A stretch of DNA of 64,000 bases, taken from Octopus sinensis. Lineage: Eukaryota. The stretch is taken from assembly GCF_006345805.1 (NCBI RefSeq), contig NC_043004.1, forward strand, positions 98,766,001 to 98,830,000, read 5' to 3'. Each line of letters starts with the position of its first letter. Position 1 is the first letter of the stretch. A model generated the notes under the pieces. The model was not told where the DNA came from and did not search any database. It saw nothing but the letters and a program-made list of their open reading frames with translations. Positions 62,085-64,000 of this stretch are shown here, one piece after another. The translations under genes were made by a program, and so were the position numbers.

Positions 62085-62668
62085 TATTTTCTTGTGATGT
62101 CATTTGATCTAGTGTCAGCGGATGTGGAACCCACAGAGTAGAAACCTTCATCATGCCAAGTTCACGGTGCAGAATATTTTCAACTCTCTCATAAGATATA
62201 CTATTAGCATTGGCTATTTGATCTATAGTCAATCACCTACCATCCACCACCATGTGGTGAACCATCAATATCCTCAGTGGTGGTAGTTGAGGGATGTCCA
62301 GACCTTAGAGTGTATTCAAGGCCCTACCATCCCCTCCTAAATTGAACAATCCACTTTTGCACTGTTGATAAAGCTGGAGTATCATCCCCTAATGTGCAAC
62401 CATGTCAACATGAATATCCTTAGAGGCTGAACTCTTTTTCTGCAGGTACTTGATGACATCGTAATGCCAAATTCTGTCAATTTTCAAGAGAAGTTGCTAC
62501 TAGTTACTTTTGAAGTCTTCTCTAAACAGCCAGATGTTAGTTTATCTGAAAAAAAAACAAAAAAACAATGCAGTTTTTAATAACGGCTGCAATTTATGCA
62601 TGCAAGATTTCACAGCTCTAGCATCACTTCTTCATAGTCAACCTATCAACCTTTTAGCCCACCCTTGT
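62085..62668 (-). mobile_element. mariner (Tc1/mariner) transposon 5' fragment: TIR and N-terminal transposase, pseudogenised
   Basis: VIKYLQKK...ALSTVQKWIVQFRRG...RSGHPST...TIDQIANANSISYERVENILHRELGMMKVSTLWVPHPLT (WVPHEL-like motif). TIR-like ACAAGGGTGGGCTAAAAGG at the 5' end. Confidence 0.88.
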
Positions 62669-62720
62669 GTGTATATGTGTGTGTGTGTGCGTGCATGCAC
62701 GTGTGCATGTGTGCATGTGC

Positions 62721-62750
<30 letters not shown>

Positions 62751-62751
<1 letters not shown>

Positions 62752-62935
62752 ACGGGAAGCTTTATGAAAATAAACAAAAGATGAAGGCAGGTGGAGTACA
62801 AACAAACAATTGTATTAGTATGGTGCTCAGGAATAGAAATAAAACAAGTCTTTTACGTTTCGAGCCTACGCTCTTCAACAGAAACAAGGGGAGAAAAAAA
62901 AATGCGTGCAGAAGCTAGTGATTCAACATGGCGAT
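62751..62935 (-). mobile_element. Penelope-like terminal repeat with a variant hammerhead (62848-62885)
   Basis: TTT-CTGTTGA-A-GAGC-GTAG-GCTC-GAA-ACGT-A-AAAG; same family as 33074-33280. Confidence 0.65.
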
Positions 62936-62938
62936 CTG

Positions 62939-62970
<32 letters not shown>

Positions 62971-62974
<4 letters not shown>

Positions 62975-63200
62975 CTTCTTAATCCTTTTTGCCTCTTGTA
63001 GAGCTTAGGGCCGGTTTCCCAGTTTCCTTGGCATATAGGTTCCCCACCTGGATGGGACGCTGGTCCATCGCAGGTGAGCTGCAAGACACAGGAGGAGAGA
63101 GTGAGAGAAAGTTGTGGCAAAAGATTCAGCAGAAGTTTGCCATTATCTTCTGCCGGAGCTGCATGCAGCTTAGGTGTTTCACTCATAAACACACACATCG
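62971..63200 (-). mobile_element. SINE family C variant, 5'-truncated, with an RTE-derived tail
   Basis: Body as 23848-24146; last ~40 nt match the RTE end at 22920-22964. Confidence 0.88.
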
Positions 63201-63402
63201 TGAGATTCGTATATATATATATATATTCTTTTATTCTGTTATTTTTAATTTGTTTCAGTCATTTGACTGTAGCCATGCTGAACACAGCCTTGCAGGGTTT
63301 TTTAGTTAAAGGAATTTTTATAACATGGTTTCTGTATATGCCACCTTAGTGTCGTGTGCTAATACAGCGATATATAGTACCACGAAACGGTGTAGAAACC
63401 AA

Positions 63403-63629
63403 GGTGGCGAGCTGGCAGAAACGTTAGCACGCCGGGCGAAATGCTTAGTGGTATTTCGTCTGCGTTATGTTGTGAGTTCAAATTCCGCCAAGGTCGACTT
63501 TGCTTTTCTTTCTTTTCGGGGTTGATAAAGTACCAGTTACGCACTGGGGTCGATGTAATCGACTTAGTACCTATGTCTGTCCTTGTTTGTCTCCTCTGTG
63601 TTTAGCCTCTTGTGGGTAATAAAGAAATA
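63403..63629 (+). mobile_element. SINE family B, full length, 14-bp TSD
   Basis: TSD GGTGTAGAAACCAA at 63389-63402 and 63630-63643. Confidence 0.92.
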
Positions 63630-64000
63630 GGTGTAGAAACCAACTATCCCCACTTGATATATTTCCTAATACTCTGCCATCAACTGTAACCAGTCTAAAA
63701 TAACTCTCAATGAACTTATAAGAACTTCTCAACAATTTCCTGTGACTCAATGAACTCACAAATGACACCTTTCAACTTAAGGCGATTTCAAATCTCTCTC
63801 TCTCTCTCATTGGAACATGCTGCTACTTATATGAGCCTTGCTAGCCAAATTCTCACAGGGGCTGTCATAATTCTCACCATAACATGATTCAGCCCCTGTA
63901 CATATTTATTTTCAAGGCTTGGTACTTATTCAATCAGTCTCTTTTTGCCAAACCAGTTGTCAAGCAGTGATGGTGGAGAGGGGGGACCCACAGACAAAAA

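Noticed and set aside
287-63768. The many ORFs made of poly-I/L/N/S/E/M/D or YI/CV repeats
   Set aside because: They are translations of di-, tri- and tetranucleotide microsatellites or of SINE bodies, with no splice or domain support.

Overview
AT-rich eukaryotic non-coding DNA, most likely an Octopus (cephalopod) locus. That assignment is inferred from the tRNA-derived SINE families, which I recognise; no search was run. There is no complete protein-coding gene, and almost every ORF in the supplied track is a translation of a microsatellite or repeat. The window is a dense mosaic of four things. (1) At least four SINE families, several with exact target-site duplications. (2) Decayed non-LTR retrotransposons: R4/Dong-type RLE elements mostly in (TAA)n tracts, a HERO-like element, and several RTE families. 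(3) DNA-transposon debris: mariner, piggyBac-like MITEs, Helitrons and an unclassified TIR element. (4) Microsatellites. Three short unique segments look like phase-compatible exons of an unidentified minus-strand host gene, with two possible alternative last exons. The most striking signal is a set of type I hammerhead-ribozyme-like motifs in five sequence-unrelated repeat families of Penelope-like character, plus a sixth isolated motif at 239-283. Two families form head-to-head palindromes with a hammerhead reading outward on each arm. One carries a G3-C8 swap of the catalytic-core tertiary pair and another carries an A6U core. All family names come from motif recognition by eye; coordinates of decayed elements are approximate.
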